Shown here: positions 39,201 through 53,289 of the stretch, in pieces
Layout: every line of letters starts with the position of its first letter
Numbering within the stretch: position 1 is the first letter of the stretch
NCBI RefSeq assembly: GCF_006345805.1
Contig: NC_043002.1
Span: 47,926,001 to 47,990,000, forward strand
From: Octopus sinensis
Taxonomy: Eukaryota
DNA: 64,000 nucleotides
Direction of reading: 5' to 3'
Notes under the pieces: generated by a model
Databases searched by the model: none
Told to the model about the DNA's origin: nothing
The model's input: the letters and a program-made list of their open reading frames with translations, nothing else
Program-made: the position numbers and the translations under genes

Positions 39201-39939
39201 ATTGGATAGCTAAAATCAACTTTGTTTCAGAATACCTAAAGCAAAGAGGCTATCTATCAAATATTTATAAATATTTTGATAAGTTCAAAAGGACCTGTAA
39301 AAGCAGAAGCTTAACTCTAGCTTTACATTAAGTAGATTATGATTTCTGAATATTATACCAGCTGGAAGATCTGCTACCTTTCCCTAATGGCTTGGTGAAC
39401 CGAAGTTCATGAAATTAAGAGATGTAGTGAATTTCTATGCATGATTTACAAATAGGTTGCCCTAAGATATAGCCATTCAGCAATTTATTTCCCTTTTACT
39501 CTTCCATAGACCTAATAGATCGATGCTTACAAATACAACCTTTTCATACTATATCTATGATATGTGTGGTATACAATTAGTACAGCAGAATTAAGGTCGC
39601 TTGGAAACTAATGGAATAACCTAAGAAATGTGTAATTAGCATTAAGTATTAATATTTGAACAAGGAAACAAATGTTTTCCCTGAACATATACATTTATTT
39701 AGTGAAATTCAATCTAATTTCCTGAAACTATTTCCCTTCTTTAAAATCCCCTGGTTTTTTGTTTATTTTCTCCAGCAATGTGAAAATTTTGAATTAATGG
39801 ATCCTTTTTTCCAATATGTTATAGAGTACATTACCAATCAGCTTATTTGAATAATATTCAAATCTGCATGATGGTAGGCATTTTATTCAGTCTTGTAACT
39901 TTTCAGGTGGCAATTGGTAGTGAAGAATCATTTATATAG

Positions 39940-40268
39940 TTTCAGTCAATTGACTGTGGCCATGCTGGAGCACCCCAGGACATATTCTTTGTCAGCCTAG
40001 TACTTATTCTATCAGTTTCCCACACAGAACTGCTAAGATATGGGGATGTAAACACACCAACATTGACTGACAAGCAATAGTGGAAGGACAAACACACATA
40101 CACACGACAGGCCTCCTTCAGTTTCTGTCTACTAAATCCACTCACAAGGCTTTGGTCGACCTGAGGCCACTGCAGAAGACATTTGCTCAAGGTACCATGC
40201 AGTGGGACTGAACCTGGAACTATGTGGCTGGGAAGCAAGCCTCCTACCACACTGCCACTCCTGCGCCT
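39940..40268 (-). mobile_element. SINE family A
   Basis: Reverse complement of the 40467 copy over nearly its full length. Confidence 0.87.
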
Positions 40269-40466
40269 ATGTAAAAAATATTGAATTGAAATTTAAACCA
40301 CAAGACAAAAGGTGCAAAATTTTTGATGTCCTGAATGAATTTTTTTTATATATGTGCATGATTTAAGGGAGGTTTGAGTATTATTTCTAACACACCATGG
40401 TATTAATTAAAGAAAACACATACACAAATACATGCACATATTTCATTTCAATATATTTTTTATTTA

Positions 40467-40870
40467 GAGGAGTGGCTGTGTGGTAAGTAGCTTGCTTACC
40501 AACCATATGGTTTCGGGTTCAGTCCCTCTGCGTGGCATCTTGGGCAAGTGTCTTCTACTATAGCCTCGAGCCGACCAAAGCCTTGTGAGTGGATTTGGAA
40601 GAAGGAAACTGAAAGAAGCCTGTCGTATATATGTATATGTATGTGTGTATGTTTGTGTGTCTGTGTTTGCCCCCTCCCCAACATCGCTTGACAACTGATG
40701 CTGGTGTGTTTACGTCCCCATAACTTAGCATTTTGGCAAAAGAGACCGATAGAATAAGTACTAGGCTTACAAAGAATAAATCTTGGGGTCGATTTGCTCG
40801 AGTAAAGGCAGTGCTTCAGCATGGCCACAGTCAAATGACTGAAACAAGTAAAAGAGTAAAAGAGTAAAAA
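40467..40870 (+). mobile_element. Full-length tRNA-derived SINE, family A (most abundant family in the window)
   Basis: A-box TGGCTGTGTGG, B-box GGTTCAGTCCC, central (TG)n and (GTAAAAGA)n tail. At least 17 other copies in the window. Confidence 0.88.
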
Positions 40871-41345
40871 AGTATATGAGCATGATAGCATTCAAGCTAC
40901 AACATACAAGTAAAGTAAATTTGACAAGCAAAGGCGAAAACTTGAGAAATTTGATTTTAAGTTTGTTAAGTAAGCTCATGACTAAATTTGACCAAGAAAA
41001 CATAGAATTGCATGGGAAGCCTATCATTTTCTCCAGGTAACCCATGAGTGTTACTTGTACTTAATATATTAGCTATTTTGATTCTGAAAGTTTTGAATGT
41101 GAAGTTCTACACTGGTAAATTTAATTTGGCGAACTATTCTTCTAAAACTGGTAACCTAATATTCAGCAGAATATTTGTAGATAAAGTTTCCATGTTGTTG
41201 AATTTCGTAGAAGAGCAGATGAGATATCTGGGTAGAAATGAGGTTTATTAAATGACCAAATAAATGTAATTGTCATTTGACTGCAGATGGTTACGTGTAT
41301 GTAAATGATTTAGCTTATATATGTACAATCTGTATGTATAATGAT

Positions 41346-41480
41346 GGGCATTGCTCTCCTAGTCAGTCTCCTGCATATCACAGGCCTTTAATGAAGACTT
41401 GACACAGTCCTTAAATTGCAGCCTTGGTTTCTTCCGGGGTCTTTTCCCATTCACAAGTTCCCCATATATTAGATCATCAA
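41346..41480 (-). mobile_element. RTE LINE C-terminal fragment
   Basis: LIYGELVNGKRPRKKPRLQFKDCVKSSLKAC matches YGEL..G.R..GRP.LRFKD..K..LK. Confidence 0.75.
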
Positions 41481-41515
41481 CTATGAAATTTGTAGTAAAG
41501 TATATGGTAAACTTT

Positions 41516-41664
41516 CCTCCGAGGTCGACTTTGCCTTTTATCCTTTCGGGGTCGATAAATTAAGTACCAGTTACGCACTGGGGTCGATGTAATTGACTTA
41601 ATACCTATGTCTGTCCTTGTTTGTCCTCTCTGTGTTTAGCCCCTTGTGGGTAATAAAGAAATAG
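41516..41664 (+). mobile_element. 5'-truncated SINE, family E, with a perfect 16-bp TSD
   Basis: ccgaggtcgactttgccttttatcctttcggggtcgataaattaagtaccag; TSD gtatatggtaaacttt at 41500-41515 and 41665-41680. Confidence 0.88.
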
Positions 41665-41813
41665 GTATATGGTAAACTTTGACAGTTGCTCATTTTGCGC
41701 CATATTTTGATAATCCTTGTTTTTTGTTAGAAAGCTGACAAATTTCTTTATTCTAACTCATTTTGTGCTTTATAAAGTATTTACGAATTGTTTTTTGCTA
41801 TTATTGTTTAGAG

Positions 41814-42668
41814 ATGGATAAGGCGGGAATTTGTATAGTTTTAAAATATGAGTTCTTTCTTGGAAATGCAGCATCACAGACAGCTCAGAATATTAATGGA
41901 GTATTGCATTCTAATGTTATTACATAGCAGACTGTATTAAATTAGTTTGCTAAATTTTCTTCTGGTAACTTTGGCCTCACAAATGAGCAACATGGTCAAC
42001 CAGAAATAAAGGTGGATAATGATGAACTGAAAGCCACTGTTGAGTCAGATCCATCTCAAATTATTGTTGTTGTTTGGTGTTAGCAAGCAAACAATATTGA
42101 CTCACCTCGTTCAAATCGGTAAAGTGAAAAAGTTGGATAAGTGGGTTCCCCATGAACTCAATGAAAATCAGAAACAGCAACATTTGGAAGCCTGCAATAA
42201 GCTACTTTCTCATCACAAAAATGAATCATTTTTTAATCTAATTGTAACACGGGATGAGAAATGGATCCAATACCACAACTGTAAAATGTTCAGCACAATG
42301 GTTGGACATAGATGAGCCACTAAGACACAGTTCAAAAAGCAAAATTCATCAAAAGAAGCTGATGGTGTGTGTTTGATGGTCTGGCGCAAGTGTGATCCTT
42401 TATGATTTCATTAAACCTGGCTCATTAATCACAGCTGAAGTATACTGCAGTCAACTGAACCAAAAGATGCAGAAACTTACAAAAAGCAGCCTAGATTATT
42501 CAGCAGATCCACTCCTATTTTATTGCAAGACAACGCCAGACCATACATCATAAAAATGACATTGGCAAAACTACAGGATTTGAAGTTGGAAGTTCTCCAG
42601 CACCCACCATACTCACCTGATCTTGCCCCCACTGACTACCATTTCTTCCAGAATTTGGATAACTTTTT
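41814..42668 (+). mobile_element. mariner transposase pseudogene
   Basis: KLDKWVPHELNENQK, IVTRDEKWIQY, QDNARPY and HPPYSPDLAPTDYHFFQNLDNFL across several frames. TIRs not resolved. Confidence 0.88.
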
Positions 42669-44084
42669 GATAGATGTTCTTCCTAATATCAGCTTCTGTC
42701 AGTATTGAAGCAACCTAATAATGTCACAGTAAATCAATCAACAAATGTCCTGGACATGGTTATATCAAGAAAGGGAAACAAATGACACCATCTGAATGAG
42801 CTGTTTGTTTACCCTTGAACACATGAAGATGGGATCAGATAGTTAACTCACTCACACAAATACACATTCTGTAACTCTAAGCAATTGCCTTATTCTAACT
42901 TGCAAATAATATAACCAGTAGCATTGTAAAAATGAGATTTAAGATGGAAATGATAAGAAATTGGATTGTAAATGTTCATCATATTGATAAAACAATATCT
43001 AATTTGCATGTGTTTTGAAAATATTTTACAAATTTAGAAATATGCAGCAAAATGAAAGAAAATAAAAATAATCCTGGGTGGAGTTAGACCATTTGGATAA
43101 TTAAAACTACATTCTTCTTTTACAATATTGAATCAAGATTGACCATATTGATCTTCAGCATAGAAGGCTGAATCATTGATCTAAACTTAATAGGTTTGCA
43201 AAATAAAGTTTATATTTAACCCAGTTTATTTCTAAAAGATACTCCTTTTCATTTTAGTGAATGTAGACATTACAATTCATAATAATATTGAACTTAGAAG
43301 AAACAAAGAGATTTTTGCGAAAAAACAAAAGCCAAAAAAATAATCAATCACATTTTACTACTTCAAAACAATCGTATTTTGCCTTATTATATTCTCTGCA
43401 ATTCAAGTAGAAATCAATACAAACATAAACAAGTTTTATTCTAAGACAATTGCAAAAAGGAATTAATACAAATAATAACATACTTGAAGAGCTAAGTTTC
43501 TTGAATACAAGATTGCACAAGTTTGTGCAATATTTGAGAGAATAAATGAGAAACAAATTATCATTGAATTGTTCCCATAATTAACAAAAAATTGTCCACA
43601 TGTTGCTTTATACATGGTTACAGTCAAATAATAATCTAGGATAGCAAATATTTCAATTTTTAATCAAGTTTTGGAAGCAATATTTGGTTTGTATTAATAA
43701 AAGAATTAAATACATAGTTTCCAGGTTAAATCCCACTGCATGACATCTTAGGCAAGTGTCTTATATTAAAGCCCTGTGTTGACCAATGCCTTGTGATTGC
43801 ACTTGATTGATGGAAACTGAAAGAAGCCCTTTGTATATATACATATATGCCTGTTTGAAACATTATATATCTGCAGAGACTGTCATTAAACATACACAAA
43901 TACACATTTATTTAAATCATAGTGCACAAACAATACTATCAGTAAACTCTAAAATGTAGCTTCTTTAGTTTATTTCTGGATTTATGCTTCCTATTCTTTA
44001 CTTTATTTGAGGAATGATAGTGAGGTAGCTTTATAGAGTATATGTATGTATGTATGTATGTATGCATGTGTGCATACATGCATT

Positions 44085-44580
44085 ATCATCATCATCATCG
44101 TTTAACATCCGTTTTCCATGCTAGCATGGGTTGGACGGTTCAACCAGTGTCTGGGAAGTCAGGAGGCTGCACCAGGCTCCAGTCTGATCTGGCAGTGTTT
44201 CTACAGCTGGATGCCCTTCCTAATGCCAACCACTCCGTGAGTGTAGTGGGTGCTTTTTACATGCCACCGGTACAGGTGCTAGGGGAGGCTGGCAATGGCC
44301 ACGATTGGTTGGTGCTTTATACATGCCAGCGGCATGGAAGCCCATCAAGGTGGCGCTGGCATTGGCCACGTTCGGATGGTGCTTTTTACGTGCCACCGGC
44401 ACAGGTATCATGACTACAATTTCCATTTGATTTTTTGATGTCGATGTACTTGACTCAATATGTCTCCTCAAGCACAGCTGGTCGCCCTATGATCCAAGGT
44501 AAGCACAGCAGGCCGTCCTACAATCCAAGGCATTTTGGATGGGCTGGGGCTTCTATGTGAAGCTGGTGCAAGAAACAGCC
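44085..44580 (-). mobile_element. RTE 3'-UTR-like repeat (family B)
   Basis: catcatcatcgtttaacatccgttttccatgctagcatgggttggacgg, nearly identical to 25795-26000 over the first 200 bp. Confidence 0.85.
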
Positions 44581-45064
44581 ATATATGAATATTATCTTTA
44601 TATGTATGCATGTGTATATATGTGTGTTTGTGTGTGTGTGTGTATGTGTGTGAGTGCAAATAATGATAGAGACTGATTTCACCACATACACAGAATGATG
44701 AACTTCTACCAATTATGAAATTACTATTTGATACAGGTATTTTGTATACAAACTTGTTTGAGTGAATAAGCATTTGTTTGTAAACACATGCACATGAATG
44801 TGTTAGAGAACATTCATATGAGGCATGTGCATATGTTGGTGTCATTATCAATAGTCTTAGAATGGCATTTCCATGCTTCAAAATCAGCTGTGCATGAAAT
44901 TTCAATAGTGTATGCTGTTTTACTATGCGACCATGTATCTCTACTAAACCAAATACATCTTTAACAAACCAAGCTTCCTGTCTCAATTTTTAAATCCTAT
45001 TTATTTCTCTTCATTTCTCTCCAAACTTTTTATTCTGTTTATATATTTGTTTGGTTGTTCGTTT

Positions 45065-45545
45065 ATTCATTTCTTTTATCTTTTACTTGCTTCAGTCATT
45101 AAACTGTGCTTTGGCCAAACCATTAAGTTACAGTTGTCAAGCAATGTTTGACACAAACAAGCACACACACACGTTCTTTTTTCTTTTATTTGTTCCAGAC
45201 TGTGGCCATGCTGGAGCACCGCCTGTAGTCGAAGAAATCGACCCCAAGATTTATATTTTGTAAGCCAAGTACTTATTCTATTGGTCTCTTTTGCCAAACC
45301 GCTAAGTTACAGGGATGTAAGCACACCAACATCGGTTGTCAAGCGATGATAATGAGACAAATACAGACACACAAACATATACACATATATGATAGGCTTC
45401 TTACAGTTTCTGTCCACCAAATACACTCACAAGTATTTGGTTTGCCCAAGGATATAGTAGAAGACATTTGCCCAAAGTGCCATGCAGTGGGACTGAACCC
45501 AGAACCATGTGGTTTGGAAGCAAGCTTCTTACCACACAGTCACAC
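45065..45545 (-). mobile_element. SINE family A with a duplicated partial 3' end
   Basis: gactgtggccatgctggagcacc..cagtgggactgaacccagaaccatgtgg..cttaccacacagtc. A second partial copy follows at 45585-45740. Confidence 0.82.
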
Positions 45546-46299
45546 CTTCACCTATGTGTGTGTGTGTGTGCGCGCGCATGCACGCAACAGGCTTCTTTCA
45601 GTTCCATCTACCTACGCCACTCACAAGATTTTGGTTGGCCAGAGTCTATACTAGAAGATACTTGCCCTAGATGCCACTTGCCCAAGATGCCACCCAGTAG
45701 GCTGAATCTAGAACCATGTGGCTGGGAAGTAAGTTTCTTATGGTTTATTCATTTATATACAAAGGGATGAGCAACCAAATCTTTAGAAAGTAAATGTGAT
45801 GAACTTATTAAAATTTTTTAAATTTTATTTAGTTTAATTTAGTGTATTCTTTTTTTGAATTCGTATTTATCTAGTATCTTCACTTCCTTAATGCATTCCA
45901 TATATGGTAATTCTAGTATTTGTAAAGAATGAAACCTGCAGAATACATCTATTATCTGTAACTATATAATAAGACTATTTGGTACTATATAATATTTATG
46001 GTGTTTTAACTTGCCATGAAATGCTCTGAAATGTAGCCTGCTAATTATGTTACAGTACAATTACATTTATGAGTCTATATATGTGTGTGTGTGTGTTTAT
46101 TTATTTATTGATGTATGACAGATGATATCGCATCACTCACATAACAAGCATACATTATAAAATAGCTATCAACTAATGGAATAAGCATCCATTCTCTCAC
46201 TTCACTTCTCTGATCAATTTTTATACATACACTTCCCCATTGTGATTCGTGGATTTTGAACCTAACCCCAGTTTTCTCAATAGCCATATACCAATATAT

Positions 46300-46462
46300 A
46301 CACACACATACATACATACATACATACATACTACATACATACATACATACATACATACATACGTACGTACGTACGTACGTACATGCGAACTGTGCATACA
46401 TACATACATACATACATACATACATACATACATACATACATACATACGAATATACATACATA
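46300..46462. repeat. (CATA)n microsatellite with a (CGTA)n patch
   Basis: Direct reading. Confidence 0.95.
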
Positions 46463-47624
46463 TGTATGGGGTTGGCAAATCTGTTTTGTTTGAACAGTAG
46501 TTTTTACATTTAAGCAGCTGATAATTCTAGACATGCAAAAATGAAATAAGAGAGGGTCCTGTTAGCAATCAAGTAGGCAGGGAAAGTTGAATAATGTCTC
46601 TTGTCAAGAAACATGATAAAAAGGTTGTACAAGGTTTAAAAATGACCTTTTGATAATGGCAGTAAATATAATTTTAGATTTTAGAATATATTGATACTTG
46701 AAAATGTTTGACCTGTATCTTTTTTTTTTATATACATCTTAATTCAGTTATTTCAAAACTTTAACAGGTCACCAACATAAAGTTCAAGTAATTTACAGCT
46801 TCATTTACAAGAAAATACATTTTCATGGGGACACTAAATAGTTGAAATATGTTATCAAAGAAAATTGTTAATGCCATTTCCATGTATCTAAACTGGAGAA
46901 GCACTGGGAAGATGTTTTCTGTAGAAATAGTTTCTTCTGGTACTAGTGCTGACATTTAAATCGCCTTTTTTTTTTTCAACCTATTCACCATATGCATTAT
47001 TATTATCATAGTCATCATCATCATCATTGGTATCACACATATATATATAATTTTATAGGTTGTGAACAAGCTGAAAAATATCTTTAAAAACTAATCTAAG
47101 TATATAACTAGAGGAGATGTTTAACTCCAGGTTAGCCTTTGTCAGCATACTTATGGTCAAATACATACCATACATGACAATCCATATCTTTTATTCAGGC
47201 ATAGTGTAACAAAGATCACATTCTCCAATGTGTTCTTTTAAAAGAGATTAAATGTGAATAGGGTTTTTGTTATCAGTTCTAGGAGTTTGAGAAATAATAC
47301 AACTTAATAGTATGGAATGTCCTATTGATAGCATAATATTGTTCAAGAAATGTTAACCTTTTTTCTCAAAACATTATTTTTACAAATTAAAAGAGTAAAG
47401 GCAGGGCTGATAATCATTACAATTCTTCTCAAGCTAGTAAGAAAGATTTGGTTTGTGTTCAGATAAGATAGAGATTTACATAAAAACATATCAGGGGAGG
47501 AAGATCAGAGGAAAGTAAACACAAGGTAAGACAGGAAAAATACAGTAAGTGTGATGATGACAAAGAAACTAGATGAGATTAGTGGCTTTGTGCAGTTAGG
47601 GTATTAACGTTTTACTTTTTACAT

Positions 47625-47765
47625 TTACCTTGTATCAGTGGTTGGTGTTAAGAAGGGCTTTCAGCCATAGAAACCAAGCCAAAATCAGGCTGGAGCTTGA
47701 TACAGCTTTCCATGACAGCATGGAAAATGCATATTAAATGAAGATGATAATAATCATGATGATGA
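47625..47765 (+). mobile_element. Family B repeat (diverged)
   Basis: gtggttggtgttaagaaggg..cagcatggaaaatg..gatgatgat. Confidence 0.65.
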
Positions 47766-48574
47766 TAATTAGGCTAGATGAGCACAAAAACTCCAAAATA
47801 TGTAACCTATCATTTATATCACAATGTGCAACATTCCGGTGACCATTAATTCGGTGATTACAATGTATTGCCTTCTTCATCATAAAAATTCTAAAGTAAA
47901 TAATAAATTACTAAGAGAGAATGTATTTATGAACGTATTTAAAAAAAATAAATAAAGAGCTTCTACCAGAAAATATAAGGTTCAAACAATTTGCTGCAAC
48001 CTTCATTTTTTAGCTGATAGCCTATTTATAATTTGTTTGATAAAATGTGAAGACAATGACTTCTAAGCAGTAAAATAATAATGAATTACTGAAATATGCT
48101 TGGATCTGATTAATATGATTTCTTGACAGTATAATAAAAGAAAATATAATTGGGTGATACTGGAAAGAATAAAGTATATGTATCATATGACAAAAAAAAA
48201 TATCTCATTTAATATTGTTGATTAATTTGAATGCTAAAATACGCTGTTTACTTCTGGTAAACCAATACAGCATTAGGAATCATTAATAGAAGAACAAGAC
48301 TTTGCCAATAGTCTAGAGTGATTGAGGAGAAACATAGGCAGATCTGGAAAGTGATTTTTTTTTTCCTTTAATATTTGTCAGAAGTAATCACAACAAGTTT
48401 GGAAATAGCAACCTATTAGCGAGAATAACATTATCCAAAGTTAATATGCCAGTTCATATTTGTATAAGAAGGGTGGCATATGTTTTTACTCAAAATATAT
48501 TTAAAACAAAGCTGCTTTTGGTAGACTTTCATGTATAATTTTCAACCAATAAGACCAACTATTTCAATGCTTAT

Positions 48575-48955
48575 AAACCTTCTGTTAGCATATTTCTTTT
48601 GAAATATAGTCTTTTCTTCAATTAATTTTGAAAATTACAAAGAATTTAGTAGAAATATTTTGTCATTATTATTATAATATATTTAGAACATAATTTAATA
48701 TGAAAGTTTGATGGAAGGTTTTAATTTAGGTCACTTTAACATTTTTGTTGCCATATTTCTGCAGAAACACAAATGCCTTTGTTTCAATTAATTTTGAAAA
48801 TTATGAAGAATTGAGAAAAATGTTTTTGACATTATTAAGCAGGTAATTTGAACATAATTTAACATGAAATTTTGAAGGAAAAATTTAATTTAGATCACTT
48901 TAAAATAGGAAGTTTGCATCATTGAACTTGGGTGGGTTGGCATCAAAAGGATTAT
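48575..48955 (-). mobile_element. Same MITE family as 1443-1660, with an internal tandem duplication of about 170 bp
   Basis: Two successive blocks ttcaattaattttgaaaatta..aacataatttaa..aatttag(g/a)tcacttt, both complementary to 1500-1625. Confidence 0.6.
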
Positions 48956-49949
48956 GATAATTTAGAAATATCTATGAATATCAAAATAGTAGGGCATTAC
49001 TATTTTAATGGTCAATTTTTCAAGGAAATGAGTCGATGCAGCTATAAGTAGTAAATCACAATTACATTGAAAGCAAATATTTTGCATAAGATATATAGTA
49101 ATATTTTGTATAGAACAATTTATAATTAGAGTAGTTATTTTGTAGACATATACCATTCCCAGTTACAATTATTAGTAGATATGGCAAAACATAAATTTAA
49201 GTCAAGAACTAGGGAAAATAAACATATAACAATCAGAATATGAAACTAGATAATATTCATGTCATATACTTATTTTAATTATATTGTATCCTAGAAATGG
49301 TTTTATAGAGTCTTACTCTTTCACACAACTAACAATATATTTGTCATGTTGAAAAGAATCTTGAAATAAATCTAAAATTATTTTTTGTGTAAGAATGTTT
49401 TTTCTAATTTAAATGTTTGCTGGTATTAAATATTAATGTGAAATGTTTCAAAGTAATGACTATTTGAATATCCAAGTAGTCAATTGTAGACTGTATTGTT
49501 GATGAAGATTCAAATCACAGACAGCACATATACAAATTTTGTAAGTACATCTGTTTTGAAAGACTTCTGAGTGGTGTTGGTGTTGCAGGGTATGGAGATG
49601 TGGAAAAGAATAAACAATAGGTAGAGGTATGGCTGTGTGGTTAAAAAGCTTGCTTTGCATCAATGTGGTTTCAGATTCAGTCTCACTGCTAACACCTTGG
49701 GAAAGCGTCTTCTAATATTGCCCTGGACCAACCAAATTCTACAAATGTCAACTTTATGATTCACCCTTTCCAGATTGTTAACTAAATTATCAGTCAATTA
49801 CTAGAGTTAGTCCTTCCCCTTCTCTCTTGAGATCATGAACAGAAGCTGATAAGCTGCTGGAACTGATGTGCAATACAGTATGAAGAGAGGAAAAAAAGAA
49901 GATATCAAGGCAAGCATAAAATCTATGAAGAGTAGTATGTGTTATTCAA

Positions 49950-51530
49950 TTTTATCACTTTCTTTTTTACAATCACAACGTAGCAGATGGGCTGCTGATC
50001 TAGACTGGCTCAATCACCATTAAAGAATTTAAATACTTTCTAGAAAGGTTAAGAAACAACGAGACCCCACATCCAGATAACATTAAATATCTACAACTTT
50101 GTTCCTTAGCAGGATTTCCCATCACATTGATTCCCAAACTAAGGTGAAACTAAAATGGTTTCTTTGATAAATTCTTGTTCTGAGAATAATTATAGAAGAA
50201 CTGAGAATCTTCAAGTAGAAGGCATCATTTGCATAACCAGATTTCTCTAAGGCATTTGATAGTGCCAGCAGAAAGGCTATATTACATATCCTGTACTGAA
50301 GATAGTATTCAAGATGAAATTATCGCAATCATCACCATCTCGTACAAAAGTCCATCAAGCTTTGTGCAAAACACAGAAAACCCAACTAAAGAGTTTCTAA
50401 TAACAGCAGGAATCCTTCAGAGAGATATCTTAACTCCTTTTCTCTTTATGTTTGTTGTGGATGACATCCATATGCAAAGTCTTAACCCCTAGCAAATCAA
50501 AGGCTTCACTATCATGCAGAAGTAATCAAGCCATCCGTAGGATGCAAAACTCTCTGACATTCATTGAGGATGCTGATGATGTTTCCCTCACCACTCCTCA
50601 ACTGTGTGATGTGCAAGATTTGTTAACATCCAATGAAAATCTGCATCCACATGTTCTGTTTCTCAATGCAAAGAAAACTAGATACATGACCATCAACAAA
50701 GATGAAAGCCACTATTCAATTCATTCCAATTATGTCACACAAGTTAAGGAAGTCATTGACTTCAAATGACATGTGTCCTATGTTTCTGCTGGTACAAAAG
50801 CCTTTTTTTAAACAGAAGGGACTGTAATAAGCTTCAAAATATCTAGTAATCAAATATTTCAAAGTTAACAAAGCCTGCTTCTTTCAGCATATATGTAAAA
50901 TGCATTCTTTGCTATGAAGCCAAAATCTGGACTAAGAAAGAGTCTCAAGAACACATTGATGGCAGATAGACCAGACCTTTTAAGCAGACACAAAATATCT
51001 CACGGCATTAGCCCAACAGCAAAAGAAGAGATTTATGGATATTTTCCACCCATCTCTAATATTCCTTTCTATTGGAAGCACAAGGCCTCAAATTTGTGGG
51101 AAGGAATTAAGTCGATTACATCAACCCAAGTGCATAACTGGTACTTATTTAATCGACCTTCAAAGGATGAAAGGCAAAGTCAACCCTGGTGGAATTTGAA
51201 CTCAGAATGTAATGACAGATGAAATACCACTAAGCACTTTGCCCGGCATGCTAATGATTCTGCCAGCTTGCTGCCTTACCCATCTCTAATATCATTGCTC
51301 AATGAAGGGTAGGCTTTGCTGGTTTGTGCTCATGTACTGAGCAACAAACTATATCAGATGTTGTATTTTGGAGATGCCCACATCTTAATAGTGGATATAG
51401 ATCATTCAGCTACAATGTTACTGGCACAGGGATACAACATGAAAATGAAGATCACCTAAGCCTAATGGGGGATAGACATTTCTTACACAGCATTGTGAGA
51501 TGCATCTTGGTTGTGACTACTTGAAGACGA
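49950..51530 (+). mobile_element. Degenerate RTE-like LINE reverse transcriptase region
   Basis: ITIKEFKYFLERLRNNETPHPDNI, DFSKAFDS, AGILQRDILTPFLF, EDADDV and LNAKKTRYM motifs with frameshifts and stops. Interrupted by a SINE near 51060-51290. Confidence 0.85.
51060..51290 (-). mobile_element. SINE family E inserted in the RTE-like LINE
   Basis: ctggtacttatttaatcgacc..aaaggatgaaaggcaaagtcaacc..ggaatttgaactcagaa..gccagcttgctgcctt. Confidence 0.8.
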
Positions 51531-53289
51531 ATATATGTAGATCAACAGAATAGGACTTCTAGTATTAATGGTTTGTACACTAATTCCTACTGAGTATGAA
51601 TGTTATATAGCCTGAACCAGCCTTTGCTCTTTACAAAATTTACTTTGTTATTAGATTTATTATAAAAAAAACTTCATTACTCTCTAAAAATAAACACTAC
51701 GTACTCATTTAGATAAATATATATTCTAGAAATAATGCATATATTACTTCTTTTATTTCCTTACCTTTATTGCTGACAGTTTAATATAAAACAAATACAG
51801 AAACAATTTACATGATTACTTTAGTTATCTATGTATTTATTTCTTACAAAATCAGATAGCTCTAATTTCATTTTCAGTTTATCTATACACTAAACAATAT
51901 ATTAGAAAACAAAGAAAAATACTATGAAGAATTGATGATTGTACATGTAGTGTTCCCCATATCTCAACTTTTAAGAAATAGTTAATAATGCTGAGATATC
52001 AAAAGAGATATACTTTAAATATCTAGTCAATGTAATTTTGTAACAATTTAGTTTTAATATACTCTTCAAATAATATATGACTCACTTATTTTTAGCATTG
52101 TAAGACTGTTTTCTGCTGAGATTTATTAATTCTATAGATCCTCTCATTCTGTTGATCATCCATCCATCCAGGTTGGGTGACCTGCTTGAACCATTGTAAG
52201 TCTTCTATGGCAGACATTCCAAGTGAGCAATGAAACATGAACGTCTAATCTGGGTTTTAATCACATTAGTCTTTTGCTAGTAGTGAAATATAAATGATAG
52301 CAATAGTATACTAACTGAACTGGTTGATCATAGCTTTTGATAGTTTGATGTCTGTTCATCTGCTTAGCATTAAGTGGTACCCATCATTGACTCAATAAGT
52401 TCATCTGCCAAAATAGTTCACATCCACCATGCTGCATCCCATGATTTAAACATACACTGGCTCATATGGTTACATGCAATTTAACATGTGACTGGGACCC
52501 TAACAGGTGCTACTACACTAAATCAGAGTAGACCTAGGAACAATACTGTCTAAGTTGTGGCTCTACACTCCTCAAAACCCTAAAACTCCTGAACCAGGGT
52601 CCCACTGTCAGATGCACTTGATACTTTGATGAATATATAAATAACGGTGAGATTCAAAGTTGAGGTAACCATAGTATTCCTCTTTAAAAAGTTAATTTTC
52701 AATCCATTCAAAGACTATAAAATAATAATGAATCAAACTAACTGCTTTATGATCATCAATTGGTCATCATGTTTTTCTATTTAGTAAACAAATCAGATTG
52801 TTATAATAATATTCTGTAAGCTCCTAAATACTTCAATATATTAATTAATAAGTTTCTTAAGCGTTTCCCTAGACAAGAGTTAGTGATGGTAGTCCATAAC
52901 TACATATTTACCTTATGTAAGTTAAGTGTTATCTTTACTATATTTTGTGGTATGGAAGACAGTAAAAAACATACCTTGAAAATAATCATGCATCTTCCAT
53001 GATGCTAATATTCTTGATATAGAAGTAAATACATTAACAGTAAATAATGAATGGCTTTTTGTTTTTTTTTTAACTTTGCTACAGCTATCCTTCTTTTGTT
53101 ACTGGGCTGTTTGTCTATTAATGGCAGTGGTGTGACAGTGCTGTCTATTGAGAAATTGGGAAAGGTTGGATTCTTGTCTCCATGAAGAGAAATTGTTTTG
53201 TTTTTTCATATTTCAGTGACTAAAACACCATTTCTTCCCTGATGTCAAAAGCCATTTTCCATCCTGCAAATCATCTCTCGTCTATGGCA

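Noticed and set aside
46761-46955. 64-aa minus ORF and other short ORFs in unique sequence
   Set aside because: No splice signals, domain motifs or composition shift; consistent with random ORFs in AT-rich intron.
51765-51772. Minus-strand 8-nt exon-like unit ctgtcag|CAATAAAG|gtaagg
   Set aside because: Frame-shifting length and weak pyrimidine tract; expected by chance.
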